Positions 28,731-37,592 of a stretch of 64,000 bases of DNA are shown here, piece by piece. The stretch's first letter is position 1. The number at the start of each line of letters is the position of its first letter. Below the pieces are notes generated by a model, which saw nothing but the letters and a program-made list of their open reading frames with translations, was not told the DNA's origin and searched no databases. The position numbers and the translations under genes are program-made. The stretch spans positions 5,798-69,797 of the forward strand of contig CAZVRT010000005.1 of the NCBI GenBank assembly GCA_964630375.1. Direction: 5' to 3'. The stretch comes from an uncultured Candidatus Saccharibacteria bacterium. GTDB taxonomy: Bacteria; Patescibacteriota; Minisyncoccia; Phycocordibacterales; JAACPR01.

Positions 28731-30495
28731 AATAAACTCAAAAAAAGGTCATATTATCATAATTAACGCACTGCTTTTCTTTGCACTTTCTACAACAATA
28801 ATATTTGCTGTCTCTCAACCAATTGTTTCCACATTCAAAATAACTAAATCTTTTTTGAAATCAAAAGAATCTTTTTTGGTTGCAAACTCGGCTTCAAATG
28901 AAGTTTTGTATAAGTTAAATACGAACAAAGAAATTGCTTCGGCTGAAAATTTTACTCTTGCACAAGGAACTGCGGTCATCAATGTTTCTGACACCGGTGA
29001 CGGAAAAAATATTTCTATAAGTTCTGATTCAGATTCTTACAAAAGAAATTATTTGATGTCTTTAAAAACAGGTGAAGGCGTGAGTTTTAATTACGGGCTT
29101 CAGGCTGGCCAAGGTGGCTTTGAAATGCAAGGCGGCGCCGGAATTATTGGAAATATTTATTCAAATGGAAAGGTTACTGGTAGTGGAGGACCTTTTATTA
29201 CAGGAAGTGCTATTTCTGCAAATATTTCAGATCCTGTCGCTGTGCTTTCTAACAATGGTTTAGTAAATCCAAGTCATGAAATTAAGTTTGGAGGAAACGA
29301 TACACCTCAAGATGCTTCTCAAAGTTTTTCTGTAGCGACAACTACTCCTATTGCGAGTATGAAAATTTTTATTAAAAAATCTGGAACAGCTTGGATGAAT
29401 AATGTGACAGTGAGATTGGTAAATGATAACAATGGTAAACCAGGGCAAACTACTCTTACACAAGGAACAATAAGTGCTTCTACTGTTACAACTGTTTTTA
29501 ATTATTTAACAATTCCTTTTAATACTCATGTTTCTTTAAATTCAAATAAAACTTATTGGATTGTTTTTGATACTTCTACAACTTGGGGGCAATATTATTC
29601 TCTTGGTGCAAACAACAATCAATATTCTGGTGGGCAAGCAAAAACTGGAACTTGGGCTTCAAACAATGGAGGAACTTGGGATAATTTTTCTCCTTCATCT
29701 GTTGATCAGTATTTTGATTTGTATGTTGGTGGAAATACCGGTTTGATTCAAGGAATTTCCGTTGGAACTGATGGAGTTGGTGATGCTTGGGCTCATGAAA
29801 TTAATAATTCAAATGTTACCGGAAATATTTACTGCCAAGCTGGTTCTGGAAATAATAAAGCTTGTGACACAAGTCGTATGGCTCCAGTTCAACAACCTTG
29901 GCCGGTTTCTGATGGAAATGTTCTTGAATGGAAAACTCAAGCTGAATCAGGCGGTGCAACTTCTAGTATAAATCTTGGAAGTAATCACACTAGAAATATT
30001 GGGCCGGTGAAAATAAGTGGTGATTTATACGTTGGTTCTGGCGCAACTTTAAACATAGACGGACCTGTATATGTGACCGGAAATGTAACTGTTTCTGGAG
30101 GTGCAAAAATTAGAGTAAATCCATCTTTGGGAAATGTCAGCCAGGTTATTGTTGCTAGTGGTAGAGTGGTCGCAGAAGGTGGCGGACAATTTCAGGGATC
30201 AGGATTTTCTGGAAGTTATATTTTGCTTGTAACAACAAGCTCTTGCCCTGATTCTGTTGGTTGTTCTGGCAGAAAAGCCATTGAAGTTTCTGGAGGAACT
30301 GGAGCTGTAGTTTTGAACGCACAAAATGGAACAATTGAATTTACAGGTGGTGCTCAAGCAAAACAAGCAACTGCGCACAAAATTATAATGTCCGGCGGAA
30401 CACGTTTGATTTATGAAGAAGGTTTGATAAATCCAAATTTCACAAGTGGACCGTCGGGTAGTTGGACTATTGATAGTTGGAAAGAAGTTGATTAA
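28723..30495 (+). CDS. Large non-canonical pseudopilin-like protein, candidate pilus-tip/adhesin subunit
   Basis: 590 aa; N-terminal pilin-like hydrophobic helix (KKGHIIIINALLFFALS) lacking Glu+5. Gly/Asn/Thr-rich repeats suggest a beta-helix (GNVTVSGGAKI, GTGAVVLNAQNGTIEFTGGAQA). Confidence 0.55.
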   Translation: MNKINSKKGHIIIINALLFFALSTTIIFAVSQPIVSTFKITKSFLKSKESFLVANSASNEVLYKLNTNKEIASAENFTLAQGTAVINVSDTGDGKNISISSDSDSYKRNYLMSLKTGEGVSFNYGLQAGQGGFEMQGGAGIIGNIYSNGKVTGSGGPFITGSAISANISDPVAVLSNNGLVNPSHEIKFGGNDTPQDASQSFSVATTTPIASMKIFIKKSGTAWMNNVTVRLVNDNNGKPGQTTLTQGTISASTVTTVFNYLTIPFNTHVSLNSNKTYWIVFDTSTTWGQYYSLGANNNQYSGGQAKTGTWASNNGGTWDNFSPSSVDQYFDLYVGGNTGLIQGISVGTDGVGDAWAHEINNSNVTGNIYCQAGSGNNKACDTSRMAPVQQPWPVSDGNVLEWKTQAESGGATSSINLGSNHTRNIGPVKISGDLYVGSGATLNIDGPVYVTGNVTVSGGAKIRVNPSLGNVSQVIVASGRVVAEGGGQFQGSGFSGSYILLVTTSSCPDSVGCSGRKAIEVSGGTGAVVLNAQNGTIEFTGGAQAKQATAHKIIMSGGTRLIYEEGLINPNFTSGPSGSWTIDSWKEVD

Positions 30496-30519
30496 AAAAG
30501 TGATATAATTAGCTCGCAA

Positions 30520-31488
30520 ATGACTGAAAAGATTTCTTCTGGTATTCAAAATTTTCTAAAATGGACTCTGCCGTTTTTAATTTTGTTCGCTTTTTTCTAT
30601 GCAATGACAGAAAAGAAAGAGGCTCAAATTGTAGTGTTGCCAGACAATCAGAGTGAAAAAGAAATTGTAGAAGAATTGAAAGAACGAGGATATATTTCAA
30701 ATAGTATTTCTTATGTCATTACAAAAATTGCCTTAAAATTTGGTTTAGAAATCGAATCAGGAGGTTTTATTTTGTCTGAAAAAATGGGACCTTTTAAACT
30801 TCTTGCTGCACTTTCTTCTCCTGAATATAAATATGTGGCAGTTGCTGAAGGTATGAGAAAAGAAGAAATTGCAGAACTTTTTGGGGAAACATTAAATTGG
30901 GATGAAAAAGAAAAAGAGCAATTTTCAACTCCAAAAAATATTTGTATTTTTGAAACTGATGAAGGGTATTTGTTTCCAGGAAAATATTTAGTTCACAAAG
31001 ACTCTTCTGTTAATGAAGTTAAGGTGATGATGGAAAAAAAGCTTGATGAAATGATTGAAAAAAATTTGAAAGAAGGCAAAGAAACTGTTTTGGATAAAAA
31101 TCAGATTTTGATTATTGCTTCATTGATACAAAGAGAGGCGGCAGGAAAGCATGATATGAAATTAATTTCTGGAGTTATTTGGAATAGAATTTTTAGTGAA
31201 ATGCCTTTGCAAATAGATGCGACATTACAATATGCGAAAGGTAATGAAGAAGAGTGGTGGCCGCCGGTGGATTCGGAAGATAAATATATTGACTCGCCCT
31301 ACAACACTTATAAAAACTATGGTCTTCCGCCAACTCCAATCTCAAACCCGGGTTTAGCAGCAATTGAAGCAGCTTTAGATCCTGTCGACACGGATTGCTT
31401 GTTTTATTTACATGACAAAAATGCAGTAATTCATTGTGCGACAAATTATGATGACCACAAAAGAAACATTAGACATTACCTACAATAA
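30520..31488 (+). CDS. mltG: Endolytic murein transglycosylase MltG/YceG paralog 1
   Basis: N-terminal TM, YceG-like domain with YNTYKNYGLPPTPISNPG. Confidence 0.8.
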   Translation: MTEKISSGIQNFLKWTLPFLILFAFFYAMTEKKEAQIVVLPDNQSEKEIVEELKERGYISNSISYVITKIALKFGLEIESGGFILSEKMGPFKLLAALSSPEYKYVAVAEGMRKEEIAELFGETLNWDEKEKEQFSTPKNICIFETDEGYLFPGKYLVHKDSSVNEVKVMMEKKLDEMIEKNLKEGKETVLDKNQILIIASLIQREAAGKHDMKLISGVIWNRIFSEMPLQIDATLQYAKGNEEEWWPPVDSEDKYIDSPYNTYKNYGLPPTPISNPGLAAIEAALDPVDTDCLFYLHDKNAVIHCATNYDDHKRNIRHYLQ

Positions 31489-31505
31489 TTTTATATAATA
31501 GATAT

Positions 31506-31826
31506 ATGATTTCTTTAATTACAGGTTTACTAATAGGAGGAGTTGCGGTTTTCTTTGCATTTCAAAATAACCAAACTGTTACAGTGAGATTTTTGGAAAA
31601 CGAACTAACTGGTTCGGTGGCGATTCTAATAATCACTGCATTGTTGATTGGGTTTATTGTTGGGTTGGTGATTTTTGTGCCTCGTTCAATTATGGATACT
31701 TGGAAAGCAAGATCTTTGCAAAGAGAAGTTAATCGTTTGAAGCAAAGACTTGGTGAAGAACCTATCCAATACGAAGCGCCTGGTCTTGGAGAAGAAGGCG
31801 AGAAGCATATTGAGGTTGTTGAGTAA
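31506..31826 (+). CDS. LapA/DUF1049-like small membrane protein
   Basis: 106 aa; two TM helices with ...FQNNQTVTVRFLENEL... between them; charged tail. Confidence 0.45.
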   Translation: MISLITGLLIGGVAVFFAFQNNQTVTVRFLENELTGSVAILIITALLIGFIVGLVIFVPRSIMDTWKARSLQREVNRLKQRLGEEPIQYEAPGLGEEGEKHIEVVE

Positions 31827-31828
31827 AT

Positions 31829-32077
31829 TTGCTACTATTTCAGTCTATGAATTTTTTAATGAAAGCAATGCTGAAACGCCAATTGGCTCAGCTTCCAAAA
31901 GATCAGCAGGAAATGATTATTAATATGATTGAGAAGAACCCCAAATTCTTTGAGAAAATTTCTTCTGAAATCCAAACTAAAATCAAAAACGGCGTACCAA
32001 AACAAACCGCTGCAATGTCTGTATTTATGGCTCACAAAGACGAACTTCAGAAGATGATGGTTGAACAAAATAAATAA
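31829..32077 (+). CDS. Hypothetical small protein
   Basis: 82 aa helical; start could be at the internal M (MNFLMK...). Confidence 0.3.
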   Translation: MLLFQSMNFLMKAMLKRQLAQLPKDQQEMIINMIEKNPKFFEKISSEIQTKIKNGVPKQTAAMSVFMAHKDELQKMMVEQNK

Positions 32078-32079
32078 TC

Positions 32080-33180
32080 ATGAGCTTATCAATCGGTATA
32101 GTCGGGCTTCCCAATGTGGGAAAATCAACTTTATTTAATGCTTTAACAAAGCAGTGTATTCCTGCTGAAAATTATCCTTTTTGTACAATTGATCCATCTG
32201 TTGGAATTGTTCCAGTTCCAGATGATCGACTTTATAAATTGGCAGAATTTTCAAAAACTCAAAAAACAATTCCTGCTGTTGTGGAATTTACGGACATTGC
32301 CGGACTTGTAAAAGGAGCTGCTCAAGGTGAAGGCCTTGGAAATAAATTTTTAACAAATATTCGAAACGTTGATGCAATTGCTCATGTTGTTAGAATTTTT
32401 GAAAATCCAGATATCACACATGTTCACGGACAGGTTAATCCTCTTGATGATATTCAAGTTATCAATCTTGAATTGATAATGTCCGACGCAGAAACTGTTG
32501 CAAATCGTCTTGTAAAAATTGGTCGTGATGTAAAACGAGGAGATAAAGAAGCTTTGAAAGAAGAAGCTCTTTTGATGCGACTTTCTGTTGCTTTCAATGA
32601 TCAAAAATTAGCATCAAGTGTAAATCCAACGGAAGAAGAAATGGCGACATACAAAAGTCTTCACTTACTTACGGCAAAACCAATGTTTTATGTTTTGAAT
32701 CGCCAATCTGATTCAAAAAATATGGATGACGATGAAAATGATTCTCGTTACAAAGATCTAATGAATTTTTTCAGAGAAAATGATGCGAATTTTGTAAAAG
32801 TTGATGCTGCGAACGAAGCTTCGGTAAATGAATTAGATGAAGAAGAAAAAAGAGAATTGCTTGCTGCTGTCGGAATCGAAGAAAGTGGACTTGGTGCTTT
32901 GATTAAAAAAGGGTATGAAATTCTTGGATTGATGACTTATTTCACAACGGGTGAAGTAGAAACTCGTGCATGGACAACTTTTGTCGGCGCGACTGCTCCG
33001 CAAGCCGGTGCCTCAATTCACTCTGATTTTGAACATAAATTTATTCGCGCCGATGTTATCGCTTGGGACAAACTTTTGGAAGCTGGTTCATTTGCCGCTG
33101 CTAGAGAAAAAGGATGGCTGAGAACAGAAGGGAAACAATATATCGTTCAGGACGGTGATGTGATGGAGTTTAGGGTTTAG
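32080..33180 (+). CDS. ychF: Ribosome-binding ATPase YchF (Obg-family GTPase)
   Basis: GIVGLPNVGKSTLFNALT, DIAGLVKGA, C-terminal TGS-like domain. Confidence 0.9.
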   Translation: MSLSIGIVGLPNVGKSTLFNALTKQCIPAENYPFCTIDPSVGIVPVPDDRLYKLAEFSKTQKTIPAVVEFTDIAGLVKGAAQGEGLGNKFLTNIRNVDAIAHVVRIFENPDITHVHGQVNPLDDIQVINLELIMSDAETVANRLVKIGRDVKRGDKEALKEEALLMRLSVAFNDQKLASSVNPTEEEMATYKSLHLLTAKPMFYVLNRQSDSKNMDDDENDSRYKDLMNFFRENDANFVKVDAANEASVNELDEEEKRELLAAVGIEESGLGALIKKGYEILGLMTYFTTGEVETRAWTTFVGATAPQAGASIHSDFEHKFIRADVIAWDKLLEAGSFAAAREKGWLRTEGKQYIVQDGDVMEFRV

Positions 33181-33237
33181 CTGGAATGTTGACAATACTC
33201 AACTACAAAGAGTATTCTTTTTAGGAAAGGAGGTCTT

Positions 33238-33444
33238 ATGATTGACTCAGATGTAATAGAAGCTACGCATGTAAGGTGTATGGATGGAAGTATCCGAAGA
33301 ATCATCGAAAAATGGGGAGTTGGACAAAATGGAACCGTGAACAGACCATCTGAAGGTGGTTTCGGTGTAGTTACAGAGGACGGAACAAGAATCAGCATGT
33401 GGCACGCTCGTTCTTATCTAAAAGAAGAAGGTAAGGATAGGTAG
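33238..33444 (+). CDS. Hypothetical small protein (island gene 1)
   Basis: 68 aa; strong SD AAAGGAGG 7 nt upstream; higher GC; followed by a terminator. Confidence 0.45.
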   Translation: MIDSDVIEATHVRCMDGSIRRIIEKWGVGQNGTVNRPSEGGFGVVTEDGTRISMWHARSYLKEEGKDR

Positions 33445-33467
33445 ATTCACTTCATAAAATTAACCCG

Positions 33468-33503
33468 AAACCATATCGATAGATAGTGGTTTTTTTATTT
33501 TTT
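33468..33503 (+). terminator. Intrinsic terminator
   Basis: AAACCATATC...GATAGTGGTTT imperfect hairpin followed by TTTTTTTATTTTTT. Confidence 0.5.
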
Positions 33504-33578
33504 ATAATCTTATGGTTCAAAATTAATCTTGTAATTTAAATAAAAACAGCTCAAACCAAAATTGAGGCTGTGTTGAAA

Positions 33579-33923
33579 TCATACCGACATATGTCTTTTA
33601 AGCTGTTGCAGAGCTCCGACAACGGTATTTTTGATGTCCTCCATTGTCTTGATATGCATTCGTAGAGCACTTTTCTCAATAGCAGCAAATACCCCAGTTG
33701 TCTCCGGAGAAGCATTCTCTTTGCGATAAGCGATGGACTTTTTCTCTTCCTCGTATCTGTTTGTTTCGACTCGCATAGACATTTCTCCAACGATAATCAT
33801 TTTATCCATGTTGTTTTTGACGATGCGAGTCAGTTTGCTACTTTGTGTCTGCCGAAATTCAGCAATGTGCTCCTCCATTTCTTGCTGGATTTTCTCCAAC
33901 TCTTCTGCCATTTCTTTGTCCAT
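33579..33923 (-). CDS. Hypothetical coiled-coil protein (island gene 2)
   Basis: 114 aa, Glu/Lys-rich helical; terminator hairpin ACAGCCTCAA-TTTTGGT-TTGAGCTGT + T-run directly after the stop on the minus strand (33536-33572). Confidence 0.45.
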   Translation of the reverse strand: MDKEMAEELEKIQQEMEEHIAEFRQTQSSKLTRIVKNNMDKMIIVGEMSMRVETNRYEEEKKSIAYRKENASPETTGVFAAIEKSALRMHIKTMEDIKNTVVGALQQLKRHMSV

Positions 33924-34103
33924 GTTTTCGGTATATTCGGTGAATTGTTCAGTTTAATTCAAACATTACTGACTATTATGAATAAAGTCAATTAAATAAA
34001 AATAGAAGAAAAAATCTTCTCGTATTTTTACCATTCGATCCAACCAGTCGTGGCAATCTTGCAAAATTCGATTAAATTCTTCTTCGGTAGTTTTGTACAA
34101 GTT

Positions 34104-34131
34104 TTTGACAATTATTTAATTTAGTTTAAAT
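34104..34131 (+). promoter_or_regulatory. Candidate promoter (TTGACA-16-TAAATT) in 236-bp AT-rich divergent intergenic region
   Basis: Perfect -35 TTGACA at 34104-34109; weak -10; 28 nt upstream of island gene 3. Confidence 0.2.
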
Positions 34132-34159
34132 TTACCCTGAACAAGTTGAATATTAAATT

Positions 34160-34531
34160 ATGAAATCAAGATTGTACGTTTTTGATAAAACACTCAGCGA
34201 AGGACAAGCTTTGAATCAACTCAAAAAACTATTACTGCTTGCTGGACACAGAGTGTGTGAAGCGAATGAGGAAATGGTAAAGAAGTTTCGCTCAGTACAA
34301 GAAGCTGAAAAAGCCATTCGACAAGCTTGGTTGCAAGGAGGTCGTAGTTCGATTCGGTTCGTCAAAATTCACATCTACACTGAATTACAGTGGGACTCTC
34401 ATTCTGATATAGATGCTTCCACGATTGACTATCCAGAAATCTTGGAAGGACTTTCAGATCTTTCAGACATTACTCGCCACAAAGCCGAGAAGTGGGTGGC
34501 TGATTTGATGAATATCGGTCTGTTGATTTAG
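34160..34531 (+). CDS. Hypothetical protein (island gene 3)
   Basis: 123 aa; followed by a CCAGCA-(loop)-TGCTGG hairpin + TTTTTTATTT (34543-34580). Confidence 0.45.
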   Translation: MKSRLYVFDKTLSEGQALNQLKKLLLLAGHRVCEANEEMVKKFRSVQEAEKAIRQAWLQGGRSSIRFVKIHIYTELQWDSHSDIDASTIDYPEILEGLSDLSDITRHKAEKWVADLMNIGLLI

Positions 34532-34641
34532 GACAAATTTACTCCCCAGCATTAATTTATTTGCTGGAGGTTTTTTATTTAAGTGAAATTTAAAAGAAAA
34601 AAGACTTACCTACGGATTGAACATAGAGCAAGTCTTTGGTT

Positions 34642-35022
34642 TTATTCGACGTGAATAATCGCAGGAAATGCACGCAAGTTATAAAACCTCACCGTCAATT
34701 TCTGAGATTTCCTTATTGGGTCGAGTATGATTTCAACTACGCAATAGGAGTCGTCTCCTCCACGGTTGTTACCGATAACTGACACCGGGGCTACTCCAAA
34801 ACTGTTGGGAGCATTTCTCTTGATTGCAGACGGAACAAAGGGAAACGAGAAGTGAGCACCTTTCAAGTCTATCCCCGAGCGATTGTTGTGAGTGATATGC
34901 TCTAAACAAGTCCCCAAGAATTCTGATGTATCAAATTCCTGGGTTGTTGTGTAATCGTTGTGCCCTTTTTCTTCACAGAGGAAGTGGCTAACCACTTCGA
35001 GGTTGTCATACCAATTGTCCAT
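34642..35022 (-). CDS. Hypothetical protein (island gene 4), His-rich motifs (GHNDY, LEHITHNN)
   Basis: 126 aa; possible metal-binding residues; weak hairpin + T-run after the stop on the minus strand. Confidence 0.4.
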   Translation of the reverse strand: MDNWYDNLEVVSHFLCEEKGHNDYTTTQEFDTSEFLGTCLEHITHNNRSGIDLKGAHFSFPFVPSAIKRNAPNSFGVAPVSVIGNNRGGDDSYCVVEIILDPIRKSQKLTVRFYNLRAFPAIIHVE

Positions 35023-35157
35023 TTTTAGATGTGGTTGAGGTTAAAAGAATTTGTCTAAAATCATATATTATATTTTATATTATGTCAAGTTATATATAGA
35101 AACATTCTCGTATTTAATTGAAATTTAAGCAAAATCGAGCTATGATGTTTTTGCTAT

Positions 35158-37545
35158 ATGGAGGGCTACGATCATAAATCTATAGAATCTAAATGGAAAG
35201 AAATTTGGGACAAAAACCAAGTTTATAAAACACCAGACGAAGTTTCTGGAAAAGAAAATGAATATGTTTTAGTAGAATTTCCGTACCCATCTGGAAATCT
35301 ACACGTTGGTCACTGGTATGCTTTTGCCATTACCGACATTTTTGCTCGATATCAAAGATTAAAAGGGAAAAATGTTCTATTTCCGGTTGGTTTCGATGCG
35401 TTCGGTCTTCCTGCAGAAAATGCAGCGATAAAAAGAAATTTAAATCCGCGAGAGTGGACAATGCAAAATATTGAGACAATGCAAAAACAATTGGAATCAA
35501 TGGGCGCTTCTTTTGACTGGTCTCGAAAAGTTATTTCTTGTTCTCCTGAATATTATAAATGGACTCAATATCTTTTTTTGAAATTATACGAAGCTGGTTT
35601 GGTAGAAAAAAAAGTTTCGTTGGTAAACTGGGATCCTGTTGATAAAACCGTTCTTGCAAATGAACAAGTTCTTTCTGATGGAACAGCTGAACGCTCTGGT
35701 GCAAAAGTAGAAAAAAAAGAATTAGAACAATGGTCTATCAAAATTACAAATTATGCAGATAGATTGATTGATGATTTAGATGACTTAAATTGGCCTACAC
35801 AAATTAAAGAGGCGCAAAAAAATTGGATTGGAAGAAGCAAAGGTGCAGAAATTGATTTTAAAATTGCTGATATAGAGCATTCTGTAAAAGTTTTTACAAC
35901 ACGACCTGATACTTTGTTTGGCGTGACTTATGTTGTTTTAGCTCCTGAACACAAATTAGTTGAAGAACTAATTTCAAAAGTTTCAAACAAAAATGAAGTT
36001 GAAAACTATATTGAAATAACAAAAAGAAAATTAGAACGAGATCGTTTGATTGGTGTCAGTGAAAAAACCGGTGTTGTTTTGGATGGTGTTTTTGCAATAA
36101 ATCCGGCAAACGGCGAGCAAATTCCTGTTTACATTGCAGATTATGTTCTTGCAAATTATGGAACTGGAGCAGTAATGGCTGTGCCCGCACACGATGAAAG
36201 AGATTTTGAATTTGCACAAAAGTTTGGATTGCCTATAAAAAAAGTTATTGAAAATTCTTTTGAACAAAAAGCATACACAGGCGAAGGGATTTTAATAAAC
36301 TCTGAGGAATTCAACGGACTACAAAACGAAGAAGCCAAAGAAAAAATTGTGGCAAAAGTTGGTGGGCAAATGAAATCTACATACCGACTTCGAGACTGGA
36401 CTGTTTCAAGACAAAGATATTGGGGTTGCCCGATTCCAATGATAAATTGTCCATCTTGCGGACCTGTCCCTGAAAAAGAAGAAAATTTACCAGTTGTTTT
36501 ACCGGAAATTTCAGATTACTTGCCTCGAGATGATGGAAAATCTCCGCTTGCAAAAGCAACTGAATGGATGAATGTAAAATGTCCAAAATGCGGAAGTGAT
36601 GCAGAAAGAGAAACAGACACTCTAGATACTTTTGTTGATTCTTCTTGGTATTTTTTGAGATACGTTGACCCAAACAACTCTGAAAAATTTGCTGACATAG
36701 AAAAACTAAAAAAATGGATGCCTGTAAACTTTTATTCAGGAGGTTCAGAGCATACAACAATGCATGTTTTGTTTGCTCGATTTTTCAACAAAGCTCTTTT
36801 TGATTTAGGGCTTTCTCCAGTTTCAGAGCCATTCACATATCGACTAAATAGGGGTTTGATTTTAGGAACAGATGGTAACAAAATGAGTAAATCAAAAGGA
36901 AATGTTATCGACCCTGATATAGAAGTCGAAAAATTTGGCGCTGATACTGTGCGAACTTACCTTGCATTTATCGGACCATACAACGAGCCAGGAAATTATC
37001 CTTGGGATCCAAACGGTATTGTGGGGGCTCGGCGTTTTTTGGAGAGAATTTTCAAAGTTACAGAAAAAATTACTGATTCAACCTCGGATGAAGTAAAAAG
37101 AGAATTACACAAAGCAATCAAAAAAGTTTCTGAAGATATGCAAAATCTAAAATTCAATACTGCCATTGCTTCTTTGATGACTTTAACAAATGAAATTTTC
37201 AAAAATGGAATTTCAAAAGAAGATGCAAAAATTGTGACACAACTTCTTTCTCCGATCGCGCCTCATACAGCTGAAGAAATGTGGCAAAAATTGGGAGAAA
37301 ATGATTCTGTTTTTAAATCAAATTGGCCAGAATTTAACCCTAAATTTTTGGAAACTGACACACTAACTCTACCTGTTCAAGTAAACGGAAAAATCAGATC
37401 TCAAATTGTAATATCAAACGGTGTGGATGAAGAAGAGATCAAATCAATAGCAACATCTGACGAACAGGTGAAGAAGTGGATTGAAGATGCGGAGATCAAA
37501 AAAATTATTTACATAAAAGATAAACTGGTCTCAATAGTGATTTAA
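35158..37545 (+). CDS. leuS: Leucyl-tRNA synthetase
   Basis: 795 aa; HIGH-type motif region (P..GNLHVGHWYAF), KMSKS, CP1 editing domain, Zn Cys cluster (CPSCG...CPKCG). Confidence 0.93.
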   Translation: MEGYDHKSIESKWKEIWDKNQVYKTPDEVSGKENEYVLVEFPYPSGNLHVGHWYAFAITDIFARYQRLKGKNVLFPVGFDAFGLPAENAAIKRNLNPREWTMQNIETMQKQLESMGASFDWSRKVISCSPEYYKWTQYLFLKLYEAGLVEKKVSLVNWDPVDKTVLANEQVLSDGTAERSGAKVEKKELEQWSIKITNYADRLIDDLDDLNWPTQIKEAQKNWIGRSKGAEIDFKIADIEHSVKVFTTRPDTLFGVTYVVLAPEHKLVEELISKVSNKNEVENYIEITKRKLERDRLIGVSEKTGVVLDGVFAINPANGEQIPVYIADYVLANYGTGAVMAVPAHDERDFEFAQKFGLPIKKVIENSFEQKAYTGEGILINSEEFNGLQNEEAKEKIVAKVGGQMKSTYRLRDWTVSRQRYWGCPIPMINCPSCGPVPEKEENLPVVLPEISDYLPRDDGKSPLAKATEWMNVKCPKCGSDAERETDTLDTFVDSSWYFLRYVDPNNSEKFADIEKLKKWMPVNFYSGGSEHTTMHVLFARFFNKALFDLGLSPVSEPFTYRLNRGLILGTDGNKMSKSKGNVIDPDIEVEKFGADTVRTYLAFIGPYNEPGNYPWDPNGIVGARRFLERIFKVTEKITDSTSDEVKRELHKAIKKVSEDMQNLKFNTAIASLMTLTNEIFKNGISKEDAKIVTQLLSPIAPHTAEEMWQKLGENDSVFKSNWPEFNPKFLETDTLTLPVQVNGKIRSQIVISNGVDEEEIKSIATSDEQVKKWIEDAEIKKIIYIKDKLVSIVI

Positions 37546-37592
37546 CTTGACAGTTTGAGCATATGGTGATAATTTTATAATCATAATTTTTA

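Noticed and set aside
33177-33398. 73-aa minus-strand ORF overlapping the island gene-1 start region
   Set aside because: It overlaps the ychF 3' end and the SD-led plus-strand ORF. It has no start context or terminator.
35023-35157. T-box or other leader upstream of leuS, and leaders upstream of other aaRS genes
   Set aside because: No T-box consensus (AATTAGGGTGGNACCGCG) or specifier/antiterminator arrangement was found. The region is simply AT-rich promoter DNA.
36031-36760. Minus-strand ORFs (78, 60, 127, 60 aa) inside leuS
   Set aside because: They are antisense to an unambiguous LeuRS frame.
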